The notes: generated by a model from the sequence alone, not told the origin. Numbered from the stretch's first letter, positions 51,807 to 61,145 are shown. The stretch is 64,000 nt of DNA from an uncultured Gemmatimonadales bacterium (GCA_963783305.1 CAWAMW010000016.1:320001-384000), one strand, 5' to 3'. Translations and numbers: made by a program.

Positions 51807-54617
51807 GTGAGCGGTGCCGTGAACATCCCGCTGACGCTGTCGGAGCGCTATCGACTCGAGCGCGAGCTCGGCCATGGCGCCATGGGCTACGTGTATCTGG
51901 CGCGCGACCTCAAGCACGGACGGGAGGTCGCGGTCAAGGTGCTCACGCCCGCCACGGCACACGCCTTGGACAGCGAGCGATTTCTGGCGGAAGTGCGTAC
52001 GGCTGCCGGTCTCAATCACCCACACATCCTCACGGTCCACGAGAGCGGCGAGGCTGATGGGCGACTGTACTACGTAATGCCGCGCGTCGAGGGCTCTTCG
52101 TTGCGGGACCTCCTCGAGCGCAAGCCCCGCCTGCCGCTGACCCAGGCTGTGGATATCGCACGGCAGGTTTCCGAGGGGCTCTCCTACGCGCACGCTCGCG
52201 GAATCGTCCATCGGGACATCAAGCCCGGCAACATTCTGGTGGGCGCCACGGGCCACGTCTACATCGCCGACTTCGGCCTGGCGCTCGCGATGTCGAGCGT
52301 TAGCAGCGTGCGCCGGACGGCCGCAGGGATCGCCGTGGGGTCGCCCTTGTACATGAGCCCAGAGCAGGCGGCGGGAGAAGCCGATGTGGATGCCCGCAGC
52401 GACATCTACTCCCTGGGGTGCGTCCTCTTCGAGATGCTGGCGGGGGCTCCGCCGTTCCCCGGCACGGACGCACGGCAGGTGCTGAGCCACCACGTCATGA
52501 CTTCGCCGCCCCTGCTGCGTGCCCGGCGGGCCGATGTGCCGCGTGACCTGGAGGGAGCGGTGCAGAAGGCCCTGGCCAAGGATCCGGCCGATCGATATAC
52601 CACGGCGGAGCAGTTCTGTCGGGACCTGGAGCGACACGGCCCGGATGCTTCGAGCTCCTCGCGGGACCTCGACCCCGGCGAGACGGGTGCACCGCCAGCC
52701 CTGGCTGGCGACGCGGCAGGAGAGTCGAGCAATCTCGCCGCCGCTGTCCGCCGATTGCGTCGCCGTCCCGCTGCCAAGTGGCTGCTCGCCTATCTTGCGA
52801 TCGGTGCCCTTCTCCTTCTGGGTGGGCCGGCAGTCACCCGGCAGTTGGGTGGCTCCCCAGCCGCCCTCCGAGTGGCGCTGCTGCTCTTTGGAGCGGGTGC
52901 GCTCGCACTCGCTCTCATCCCCTGGCTGACCGCCCGCCGCGGCCGTCCTCCCCCGCATCGGCTCGAGACCACGCTGCTCCTCGTCTTCAGTTTCTGCGGC
53001 GTCCTCGCGGCCGGCGCGATGGTGGTCGCAGGGTGGGACGACGCCGGGAGCATGGGGCCGCTGGCCGCCGCGGATGTCCGCCTGACAGACGGCCCCCCCT
53101 CGATGGGCGATCTGGACCCGCGCCGGGTAGCGGTCCTCTACTTCGACGAACGGAGCACGGACGACGATACCGGCTATCTGGCGGCCGCCTTCACGGAGGA
53201 GCTGATCGACGCGCTTACGGGGGTCGAAGGGCTGGAGGTCCTCTCGAAGCACGCGGTTGCACCGTTCCGGGAGGGATCGGTTCCGCTGGAGGAGATCGTG
53301 CGCACGTTGGGGGCCGGTACGGTCGTGAGCGGAGCCGTGCGTCAGGAAGGCGACCGCATCCACGTGAGCATCCAATTGGTGGAGGGCGAAAGCGGGACGC
53401 AGCGGTGGCGCACCACGTTCGAGCGTTCGAGCGGTGAGCTGTTGGCGGCGCAGGACCAGCTCGTGGGGGAAGTCGCGCGCGCGCTTCGCTCGCGGCTCGG
53501 CTACGAGTTCGAGCTCCGCACCAGTCGCCAGGAGGCCAGCAGCGACGCGGCCTGGCGACTCGTCCGGAAGGGCGACGAGCTGGTCCGAACGCTGACCGTC
53601 AGGCAACTGCCCATGCACGATCCGGATGCCGCTGAACGGTTCGCCCACCGGGCCGACTCCCTCTACACCGAAGCCGAGCACCTCGACCCGCTCTGGGCCG
53701 AGCCGACCCTTCGGCGGGCGGAGGTGGCGGAGCTCCGCTCCCGGTTGCACCGGCCGGCATCGGATCGCCGGAGCCCTGAGTACCTGGAGCATGGAATCGC
53801 CCTTGCCACCGCGATCCTCGCCCGTGATTCCGTCTACGCTCCCGCCCTCGAGATGCGAGGACGATTGCGGTACCACCTCGCGGAGAGCACCGTGGGACCG
53901 GAGGCCGAGCGGCTGCTGGTCGCGGCGTCGGCCGACCTCGAGCGATCCGTGGCGCTGCGGCCGTCTCTCGCTATTGGCTGGTGGACCCTGAGCCGTGTGC
54001 GTTGGCGTCAGGGCTGGTTCGCCGAAGCCGCTGCTGCCGCGGAGCGTGCATTCGAGGCCGACGCCTTCCTGGAGATGCCGGAAGAGGTGCTCTTCCAGCT
54101 GTATAACACCGCCTTCGCCCAGGAGCGACTGGATGAGGCGATCCGCTGGTGCGACATAGGTCGCCAGCGGCACCCGGACGCCCTGCATTTCGTCCTGTGT
54201 CGCCTGTATTTGCTCGCCTCCGTGGACAGCCTGACCCCCGACATCGACCACGGTTGGGATCTGGTCGACTCCCTTACCGCCCGGGCCTCAGGGTTGCGCC
54301 GTGACGACTACCGTATTCTCGGGCAGCTCCAGGTGGCGAAGATCGCCGTCCAGGTGGGGCGCCCGGACAGCGCACGCGCAATCCTCCGTCGCATCGCCTC
54401 TGCGCACCAGGGTATCCCAGACTTGGCCACCTACGACGCCGCCCACGCGTACCTTCTGCTGGGTGAGCGCGCGGAGGCCCTGCGTCTGCTCCGCCGCTGG
54501 GTTGAATACGGCGGCCCCCAGAAGGCGGCTTCCCTGGCCAGGGACTGGTGGTTCCGCTCGCTCCGGGGGGACTCCGCCTTCGACGCCCTGGTGGGGCAGT
54601 CAATGGCGGATCGCTAG
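51807..54617 (+). CDS. Hanks-type Ser/Thr kinase with TM segments, TolB-N-like domain and TPR region
   Basis: GHGAMG, VAVK, HRDIKPGN, DFG, YMSPE, DIYSLG; about three hydrophobic segments; RRVAVLYF...FTEELIDAL; helical repeats; C-terminal LARDWWFRSLRGD. Confidence 0.93.
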   Translation: MSGAVNIPLTLSERYRLERELGHGAMGYVYLARDLKHGREVAVKVLTPATAHALDSERFLAEVRTAAGLNHPHILTVHESGEADGRLYYVMPRVEGSSLRDLLERKPRLPLTQAVDIARQVSEGLSYAHARGIVHRDIKPGNILVGATGHVYIADFGLALAMSSVSSVRRTAAGIAVGSPLYMSPEQAAGEADVDARSDIYSLGCVLFEMLAGAPPFPGTDARQVLSHHVMTSPPLLRARRADVPRDLEGAVQKALAKDPADRYTTAEQFCRDLERHGPDASSSSRDLDPGETGAPPALAGDAAGESSNLAAAVRRLRRRPAAKWLLAYLAIGALLLLGGPAVTRQLGGSPAALRVALLLFGAGALALALIPWLTARRGRPPPHRLETTLLLVFSFCGVLAAGAMVVAGWDDAGSMGPLAAADVRLTDGPPSMGDLDPRRVAVLYFDERSTDDDTGYLAAAFTEELIDALTGVEGLEVLSKHAVAPFREGSVPLEEIVRTLGAGTVVSGAVRQEGDRIHVSIQLVEGESGTQRWRTTFERSSGELLAAQDQLVGEVARALRSRLGYEFELRTSRQEASSDAAWRLVRKGDELVRTLTVRQLPMHDPDAAERFAHRADSLYTEAEHLDPLWAEPTLRRAEVAELRSRLHRPASDRRSPEYLEHGIALATAILARDSVYAPALEMRGRLRYHLAESTVGPEAERLLVAASADLERSVALRPSLAIGWWTLSRVRWRQGWFAEAAAAAERAFEADAFLEMPEEVLFQLYNTAFAQERLDEAIRWCDIGRQRHPDALHFVLCRLYLLASVDSLTPDIDHGWDLVDSLTARASGLRRDDYRILGQLQVAKIAVQVGRPDSARAILRRIASAHQGIPDLATYDAAHAYLLLGERAEALRLLRRWVEYGGPQKAASLARDWWFRSLRGDSAFDALVGQSMADR

Positions 54618-54958
54618 CGGTGCCGGAGCTCCGATTCGGGCCAGAGCACCACTTCAGGGTCGCTCTCGTGTTGCTTGCCGGCGCTGTCCGTGCAGGTGAC
54701 ATCGTACGGATAATGCTTGTTCGTCTCATCTTCGTTCTTCTTCAGCGTCCCTCCATCTGCGCCGTTCGTTCCTTCGAAGTGGGTCTTTCCGTCCGTGAAG
54801 GGGGAGCCCTGGGTGAACGTCACGGTCCAGCTCTGGTGGTTATTCTGTGGATGGCACTTCCACTTGAGGGTGCCGCCGCCCTTGCCACCATGGCTGTGGT
54901 TGACATTTCCTTCGACGGTGACGTTTCCCGCGGGGTCGAGGTCGATTTTCAGGATCAT
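54614..54958 (-). CDS. Small all-beta hypothetical protein with C-terminal DP motif
   Basis: GGAGG SD; 114 aa: TLKWKC, WTVTFTQGSPF, YPYDVTC, ESDPEVVL; lower GC than neighbours. Confidence 0.8.
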   Translation of the reverse strand: MILKIDLDPAGNVTVEGNVNHSHGGKGGGTLKWKCHPQNNHQSWTVTFTQGSPFTDGKTHFEGTNGADGGTLKKNEDETNKHYPYDVTCTDSAGKQHESDPEVVLWPESELRHR

Positions 54959-55014
54959 GGTGTTGCCTCCGGTCATGGGGGAGAGAGGAAGTAGGGGAGG
55001 CCCGAGGGCTTTTC

Positions 55015-55044
55015 ATAGTACGACGGGCTGTCCTGTCCTTTCAA
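55015..55044 (-). promoter_or_regulatory. Sigma70-type promoter of the DP-motif gene
   Basis: Minus strand TTGAAA-N18-TACTAT. Confidence 0.6.
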
Positions 55045-55198
55045 GAACCATAACGGCGCGTCGATCGCAGAGAGCCGGGCAACCTCTCGCGTTACGGCCG
55101 AGATCCACCAATCTTTACAGGGCACCGCCCTCCCCCCCGCTCACGGCGGGGCGTGTGCCGAACGCTGCCGCCTTTCCTGCTCGACCATGCGAGGTCCA

Positions 55199-56695
55199 AT
55201 GAACGAACCTGGCTCCAGCATCAGGACCACCGCTGACGTCAGCACCCCCCACCCTCGGGGCACGGCCGGGGACTCGCAGCAGCGACTCGCCGCTTCCATC
55301 GCGCGGCAGGTGCAGCATGATCTGCCGGCGCCCGATTCTTCCCAGGAGGTTGCGGGCTCCGTCACGGCTGCGCTGCTGGAGGAGGGATTGAACAACGAGC
55401 TCACCCTCGGCTACGTCCGGCTCGGCGGGCTCATCGCCCTCACGGTGCTGTGCATCGCCGGATACCTTCAGCCGGACCTCATGGGCGCCCAGGATTTCCC
55501 CCTCCTCGCGCCCGTCGCAGCCTTCCTGGCCACCCTGCTGGCAGCGGGGTTCCTGCTACTGCTGAAGCGCGGGCGGTACATGACCCGCTTCCGCCGCTGG
55601 GTACCCGTCGCCGACGCCGCGATCGTAGCCCTGGGAATCGCACTTCTCTACGTAGAGCCGGGACTGCGTACCACCGCGGCCCGACCCGGGCTTGCCGCGC
55701 TCGGCGCGGGCGCCTGCCTCTTCCTTACGTTCTCGGGGGCCATGCGTCTGTCGCGCAGGGCGCAGCGCATGGCTGCCCTGCTCGCGGTCGTCGACTGGGC
55801 GCTGCTGGCCTGGGTGCTCGCTGTCCGGCCGGTCCCCGCGACCGCTGTGGCCGTGATCCTCGTGGTTCTCGCGATCTACGGGGCGCGCCTGACTCTCGTT
55901 ATGCGCCAGGTGATCGCGTTCGAGGTGGAGCGGCAGCGGCTCGGGAACATGTATCAAGCCGCACGGTCGGCGGTCGAGGCGCGCGAGGAAGTGCTGCGCA
56001 TGGTCGCCCACGACCTGCGCAACCCGCTCTCCACCATTGCGATGACGGCAGAACTGATGATCGAGATGCCCGTCACCGAGGAGCAGCGCAAGAAACACTC
56101 GCGGACCATCGCGCGCTGCGGGAAGGCCATGAATCGGTTGATCCAGGACCTGCTGGATTTCGCGCGTCTCGAAGCCGGCCGAATGCAGGTCGAGCCTGTG
56201 CCCACGCGTGTGGCTGAGCTGTTCGAGCGGGTGATCGAGTTGATGCACCCCATCGCGGCCGCCGCCGATGTGCAGTTGTCGATCGCGGGGGGCGCGGATA
56301 TGCCGGTGGTCAGTGTGGACCCGGAGCGGATCACAAGGGTTTTCTCGAACCTGATCGGCAACGCCGTGAAGTTCACGCCCGTCGGCGGCCGGATCAGCGT
56401 CCGGGCCCAGCGCATGGCCGATCAGGTCCGCTTCACCGTGGCCGACACGGGTCCCGGGATCCCGCCTGAGCGCGTATCACAGATCTTCGAGAGCTTCTGG
56501 CAGGCCGGGAACGACGATCGTGGGATCGGTCTCGGCCTGGCCATTTCCCGTCATATTATCGACGCCCACGGCGGACGCATCGGCGTAGAGAGCGACCTGG
56601 GCGGCGGCTCCGAGTTCTGGTTTACGGTCCCGGCCGCGGAGACGCCGGGGCGGTCGGAGGCCGCGACGGAGAGCGCGACGAAGGGCGGATGCTGA
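55199..56695 (+). CDS. Multi-TM sensor histidine kinase (orphan)
   Basis: About six TMs; AHDLRNPL, GNAVKF, DTGPGI, GIGLGL. Confidence 0.92.
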   Translation: MNEPGSSIRTTADVSTPHPRGTAGDSQQRLAASIARQVQHDLPAPDSSQEVAGSVTAALLEEGLNNELTLGYVRLGGLIALTVLCIAGYLQPDLMGAQDFPLLAPVAAFLATLLAAGFLLLLKRGRYMTRFRRWVPVADAAIVALGIALLYVEPGLRTTAARPGLAALGAGACLFLTFSGAMRLSRRAQRMAALLAVVDWALLAWVLAVRPVPATAVAVILVVLAIYGARLTLVMRQVIAFEVERQRLGNMYQAARSAVEAREEVLRMVAHDLRNPLSTIAMTAELMIEMPVTEEQRKKHSRTIARCGKAMNRLIQDLLDFARLEAGRMQVEPVPTRVAELFERVIELMHPIAAAADVQLSIAGGADMPVVSVDPERITRVFSNLIGNAVKFTPVGGRISVRAQRMADQVRFTVADTGPGIPPERVSQIFESFWQAGNDDRGIGLGLAISRHIIDAHGGRIGVESDLGGGSEFWFTVPAAETPGRSEAATESATKGGC

Positions 56696-57614
56696 GCTCG
56701 AACAGTTCCGGCCGCTGGTAGTGACCCGCCACATCCAGCGTCATGGCCTCCTCGGTGTTCCGCCGGTAGTCCAGCTCCGCCACCAGGATGCCCGGCTCTT
56801 CGTACAGAGGCCCCGCCAGGTAGGAGCCATCCGGAGCGATGATGGCGCTTCCTCCGGCCAGGAGCCATTGATCAGGGGAAGTGACCTTCTCCGGACTCGC
56901 CTCGAGGGCGGCCGGGAGCGCTGAGGCCCGCATCAGCTGACCGGCGGCGATGACGTGACAGCGCGCTTCGAAGGCGTAGCATCGGCTCGCCTCCTGATGC
57001 ATGCCGTTCACACCCACTACCGCGGACCAGACCGCCACATGCACGTCCTCCCCGGCGTCATGCAGCGCCTGCCGCGCCAGCGGGTTCCAGTGCTCCCAGC
57101 AGATCAGCCCGCCCACGCGGCCCGCCGGCGAGTCCACGGGCCGGAGCCCCGCCGTGTCGCCCGGGCCCCAGAGCAGGCGCTCGGTATAGGTCGGCGTCAA
57201 TTTCCGGTGATGGTTCAGCAGGCCGCCATCCGGACCGTAGGTCAGGAGCGCATTGTACAGCGTCGCGCGTCCCGGCCCCGCCAGAACCCGCTCGCTCACC
57301 CCCACCACAAGAGTGATCTCCAGATCGCGGGCGATCGCCGACAGCGCCGCTCCCGACTCACCCGCCACCACGACGCTGTTCTCCACCAGCGCCGCGTACT
57401 CCGCCTTCACCGGTGCGTGATCCCAGAGCCCCGTGTCCCGGCAGTAGTCCATCCACGCCGGGTACCCCGGCAGCCAGGTCTCCGGGAACACGACGAGCGC
57501 GGCTCCCTCCTTCACCGCCGATTCCGCCAGCTCCCGCGTTCGTGACAGGCCCTCCGCCAGCCGCCCTGGCTGTTCCGCCTGCACCACCGCGGCTCGCACC
57601 CCCCGCTCAGCCAT
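56622..57614 (-). CDS. Nitrilase / carbon-nitrogen hydrolase
   Basis: Catalytic triad FPE, HRKLTPT, ICWEH; DVAGHYQRPE. Confidence 0.95.
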   Translation of the reverse strand: MAERGVRAAVVQAEQPGRLAEGLSRTRELAESAVKEGAALVVFPETWLPGYPAWMDYCRDTGLWDHAPVKAEYAALVENSVVVAGESGAALSAIARDLEITLVVGVSERVLAGPGRATLYNALLTYGPDGGLLNHHRKLTPTYTERLLWGPGDTAGLRPVDSPAGRVGGLICWEHWNPLARQALHDAGEDVHVAVWSAVVGVNGMHQEASRCYAFEARCHVIAAGQLMRASALPAALEASPEKVTSPDQWLLAGGSAIIAPDGSYLAGPLYEEPGILVAELDYRRNTEEAMTLDVAGHYQRPELFELSIRPSSRSPSRPPTAPASPRPGP

Positions 57615-57664
57615 TTCGATCTCCCGATTGTTCGACGCTACGCTCGATGCTCGATCATCGCGGT

Positions 57665-58033
57665 TCATCGCTGCAGGAACTCCACGTGGTACGCCCCGAA
57701 CCCGACCTCGTCGTCGTCCCCGTATGAATGGGCCCGCGCCCACCGCGCCAGCGCCCGCGCGATCATCTCGGGCTGGTCGTTCGGCAGTCCGTCGTCCACG
57801 AGCAGAACGCCGCGATGCGGGAGCCCCGCGTGGTAGAACTCCCGCGTCCAGTGCAGGTAGTCCGCCCGGTTCCGCGTCACCAGGATACGGTCCTGCTCCG
57901 CGGCGAACTCGAGCTGCTCCCGGTCGCTCCGACCCCGACGCCGGAGCTCCACCACGCTCACCACGTCCACGTCCTGCTCCCACGCGGATTCCGCCGCGGC
58001 GGGATGGATGTTCTCATCCAGCAGGAACCTCAT
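57665..58033 (-). CDS. DUF5615 PIN-like toxin (VapC45-type)
   Basis: MRFLLDEN, SDREQL, RILVTRNRADY, HRGVLLV. Confidence 0.9.
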   Translation of the reverse strand: MRFLLDENIHPAAAESAWEQDVDVVSVVELRRRGRSDREQLEFAAEQDRILVTRNRADYLHWTREFYHAGLPHRGVLLVDDGLPNDQPEMIARALARWARAHSYGDDDEVGFGAYHVEFLQR

Positions 58034-58040
58034 GGCCGCC

Positions 58041-58463
58041 TCATGTCCTGGCGCGCGTGAACGGCAGCTCGCTTTGCACCCGCTCCTGCGTCAGCCGCGC
58101 CTCCCGCTCCAGCCGCGCGTCCACTTCCTCACCGTACAGCTCGTAGTAGCTCAGGGCCGCCCGCAGCTGCGGCTCCGTCAACCCGTCGTAGGCCGCCCGC
58201 AGACGGTCGTAGTTGCGCGCGACCTCCTTCCACGTCGCCACCACCTCCCACACCTCCAGCCCGCTTCCCGCCACCACCGGACGACGCCCCGTGGCACCAT
58301 CCACGAACACGATCCCCGGCGCCCGGCGCGCCCGGATCGCCTCGTCCAGCAGCTCCACCACCATCGTGGACCACTCCTTCACGTCCCGTCGCTCCATCTC
58401 CCGCTCGATCGATTCCTGCAGGGGGGCGGGGACACGGATCCCGCGTGCGGCCGATTTCGGCAT
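58041..58463 (-). CDS. DUF433 antitoxin with N-terminal RHH-like segment
   Basis: PGIVFVDGATGRRPVVAGSGLEVWEVV; LTEPQLRAALSYY; upstream of PIN gene. Confidence 0.88.
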   Translation of the reverse strand: MPKSAARGIRVPAPLQESIEREMERRDVKEWSTMVVELLDEAIRARRAPGIVFVDGATGRRPVVAGSGLEVWEVVATWKEVARNYDRLRAAYDGLTEPQLRAALSYYELYGEEVDARLEREARLTQERVQSELPFTRART

Positions 58464-58501
58464 CCAAGGTCCTGGTCGGGGTCGTCACTGCTCAGTTCCG
58501 G

Positions 58502-58533
58502 GAGGGCTCGGTGCACGGGGTGCACCCGCCCTC
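58502..58533. promoter_or_regulatory. Palindromic operator upstream of the TA operon
   Basis: GGTGCAC-GGG-GTGCACC (58510-58526) flanked by GAGGG/CCCTC. Confidence 0.55.
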
Positions 58534-58571
58534 GCTACGATGCTGATGGTGGGGGGGCTTGGCAAGCCCGA

Positions 58572-58818
58572 GGGTCGATCCCTGCGGCCGCTTCGCGACC
58601 TGCGGGACCCGCTGGCGCGGGGGTCGATCGCCGCGCGGAGCGCGGCGTCGAACGGATGGCCAGAGTCCGGCCGGTCCGCGTTTCCGCCGGGCGCTTCCGT
58701 ACGCAGGCGGAAACCGGAGCGCAGCGGAGATCGACAAGCGAGGCCGGAGGCCGACGCGATCGACCAGCGCGCGCTGCGCGCGGTCGACCAGCGCGCGGAG
58801 CGCCGTGCTCGACATCGA
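58572..58818. repeat. REP-like cluster of GC hairpins punctuated by TCGA
   Basis: Eight TCGA sites; GGGTCGATC x2; TCGACCAGCGCGCG x2; stems GCCGCGC-GGA-GCGCGGC, GTTTCCGCC/GGCGGAAAC, GGCC-GGA-GGCC. Confidence 0.65.
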
Positions 58819-59553
58819 CTACCGCACGACGATCTCGAGCCCGTCATACGCCAGCTCCGCCACCACCCCCCGCTCCTCCGCCATGGCCCGCAGCTCCGCT
58901 CCGATCGTGCGCTCGTCTCCCTCCACGATCTCGCGACCGCAGTGGCTGATGATGGCGCGCGGAACGCACTCCTTCTGACACCAGGTCAGCTGCGTGCGCA
59001 CGGGCGCGTGACCGATGAGGGTGTCGCCGCGCTTGCGGACGAAGGACTGCGTCATGGTGGCCCCATCGCCGATATAGAGGGCACAGCCGGCGAGGGCGTC
59101 GGCGCGGTCGTTGATGTAGACGAGGTCGGGGCCGTACCACACCGTGACCCGACCCGCGCGGATCCGATAGCCCACTGCGGGCGCCCTGATGCTGTGCTCC
59201 ACCGGGAAGGCCTCGAAGGTGATGCCCCGGATCGTGAAGGGGACCCGCGGCTTCACCTCCCGCCGGTCCTCGGAAGGAATGGCGTACCCTGCCATGTCCT
59301 CCCAGGCGACCCCGGTGGCCCAGACCGGCGCGGGCGACCCGTCCTCCAGACCCCAGGCGTGGTCCGGGTGGGCGTGCGTGATCACCAGCCCGTGCGGCCG
59401 CGGCCTGACCTCATGCACCGCCTCCCGCCAGTCCGCTCCCGCGTCGATCATCACCCGACCGCCACGATACTCCACCAGCAGCGACGTGTGCATCTGGTGA
59501 CGACGCGTACGCGCGTCGATCTCACCGCGGGTGCCGAGGAAGGTGATTTTCAT
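58819..59553 (-). CDS. MBL-fold metallo-hydrolase (PhnP/PqqB-like)
   Basis: MKITFLGT, IDAG, THAHPDH, VEHS, GHA, SHCG, AYDG. Confidence 0.9.
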   Translation of the reverse strand: MKITFLGTRGEIDARTRRHQMHTSLLVEYRGGRVMIDAGADWREAVHEVRPRPHGLVITHAHPDHAWGLEDGSPAPVWATGVAWEDMAGYAIPSEDRREVKPRVPFTIRGITFEAFPVEHSIRAPAVGYRIRAGRVTVWYGPDLVYINDRADALAGCALYIGDGATMTQSFVRKRGDTLIGHAPVRTQLTWCQKECVPRAIISHCGREIVEGDERTIGAELRAMAEERGVVAELAYDGLEIVVR

Positions 59554-59562
59554 GGAAAATCA

Positions 59563-59590
59563 GTTCACGGTTCACGGTTCACGGTTGACG
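59563..59590. repeat. Heptamer tandem repeat (GTTCACG)x3 + GTTGACG
   Basis: Read directly at the anti-sigma stop / MBL start junction. Confidence 0.85.
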
Positions 59591-60047
59591 GGTCATCCCG
59601 GGATCTTGCCAGGTCACAGACGGGGAGCGCCGCCCCGCCCAGCAGCGCCACGAACAGCGAGAGGGGCGTGACGCTGATGGACGACCCCGCTGATGTCCAC
59701 GCCCCGACGAGTACGACGCACGCCGTCACGCCGGACAGCACGGCCACGAGCGCCGTGCGGAAGTCAGGGCGGACACGCCGTCTGGGAGCGGGCTGCGGTC
59801 TCGCCTCGTCGGACGGGGACAAAATGGTCGCCGTGTCGACAGCCGAATCGATCTCGTGCATGACGTGGTCCACGAAGCCTGCGGGCAGCGGATCCTCCGC
59901 CCCCAGCATTTCTCTTACACGTTCGAGGGAAGCGATCTCCGCTCTACACTCCGTGCAGGAGACGAGGTGGTCCAGGGTCTGGCCGGCCGGCTGATCGAGC
60001 GCCGAGAGCAGGTCGACCAGCCGGTCACGCGAGATACAATATGTCAT
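59565..60047 (-). CDS. Putative zinc-finger anti-sigma factor with two C-terminal TMs
   Basis: DHLVSCTEC (HxxxCxxC); ATGA overlap with ECF gene. Confidence 0.78.
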   Translation of the reverse strand: MTYCISRDRLVDLLSALDQPAGQTLDHLVSCTECRAEIASLERVREMLGAEDPLPAGFVDHVMHEIDSAVDTATILSPSDEARPQPAPRRRVRPDFRTALVAVLSGVTACVVLVGAWTSAGSSISVTPLSLFVALLGGAALPVCDLARSRDDPSTVNREP

Positions 60048-60574
60048 GAGTGCCAATCCTCCAGTAGTGGTCGCAGGGCCGCAAGCCCGCGGGCCAACGA
60101 CGACTTGATCGTTCCTTCGGCCACGCCCAGCCGCTCTGCGCACTTTTTCGTGCTCAAACCCTCCACCACCCTCAGAATGACGACGTCTCGCTGGCGGTCC
60201 GAAAGCTCGCCCAGAGCTTCGGCCAGGCGCCGACGCGCCAGCGGATCAGCGGCCGAGACATGGGAGTGGTCTTCCGGTTGCGCCAAAGCATGTTGGGCCA
60301 GGAGCCGCTCCCTGCGTTCCGCGGTGCGATGGGTCGAGAGGAAGTGGGACCTGCAGATTGCGGTAAGCCACGACAGGAGTGGCGAGCGACCCCGGAACGT
60401 TTCGCGCTGCCGGTACGCGGCGATCCACGTCTCCTGCACCAGGTCCTGCGCATCCTGCGCGTCGCTGCATAGCCAGGTCGCGTAACGGAGAAGGCGAGGA
60501 GATTCGCCCTGCACCAGGTCGTGGAACAGAGCCCGGTCTCCGGCGTGAAACCGTCGCAGCTCTGCTGGGTTCAC
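60044..60574 (-). CDS. ECF RNA polymerase sigma factor
   Basis: DAQDLVQETWI, FRGRSPLLSWL, VEGLSTKKCAERLGVAEGTIKSSLARG. Confidence 0.93.
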   Translation of the reverse strand: MNPAELRRFHAGDRALFHDLVQGESPRLLRYATWLCSDAQDAQDLVQETWIAAYRQRETFRGRSPLLSWLTAICRSHFLSTHRTAERRERLLAQHALAQPEDHSHVSAADPLARRRLAEALGELSDRQRDVVILRVVEGLSTKKCAERLGVAEGTIKSSLARGLAALRPLLEDWHS

Positions 60575-61050
60575 CGTGGTGGCTCAGGAGCGAGCGACCC
60601 TCGCGGCTCGTCCGCCGGCCCCACGGCGGCTCCACTCCACGTGAGCGTCAGCAGGATCACGAGCGGGAGAACGAGGAATCCCACGTACACCAGCGGGACC
60701 GACCCGAGCTCCGCGGTGACCGCGATTCTCCATGCGCCGATCTGCGCCGCGTACACGGCAGCCACGGTCCCGGCGGCCATTGGCCAGGCAGCCCGACGGC
60801 GGCCTGTTCCCCCGAACCGGCGGCTGCCCTTCCCGATCAACAGGCCCAGCGGCAGCATGATGGCTGAGAGAAGCGCGAAGGCCACCGTCGAGTGCATCAT
60901 CGCCAGAATCGCTGCCCGGTCGGGGCGACCAGGATCCTGCGCGGCCAGCCGGCGCAGGTAGTCCAGTCGTTCGGTCGAAGAGCCGCGCCCAGCTCGGCCT
61001 GCCGCGGGTTCGTCGTGTCGAGGAGGCCCTGTGTGGCGTGGTGGACTCCC
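60571..61050 (-). pseudogene. Probable truncated or frameshifted membrane-protein remnant (LptF/LptG C-terminal-like)
   Basis: DYLRRLAAQ...AMMHSTVAFALLSAIMLPLGLLIG plus two more TMs, stop overlapping the ECF start; no convincing start. Confidence 0.4.
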
Positions 61051-61145
61051 GACCAGGCGCGGCCGAAACCGGCCGGTCGATAGCGGCGCCCCAAGCGCCG
61101 CGGTCCATAGCGAGGCGAAGCCGAGCGTTCGTGCTCCTCCCGCCC

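Noticed and set aside
58572..58818. Possible CRISPR array
   Set aside because: No constant 23-47 nt repeat with regular unique spacers and no cas genes
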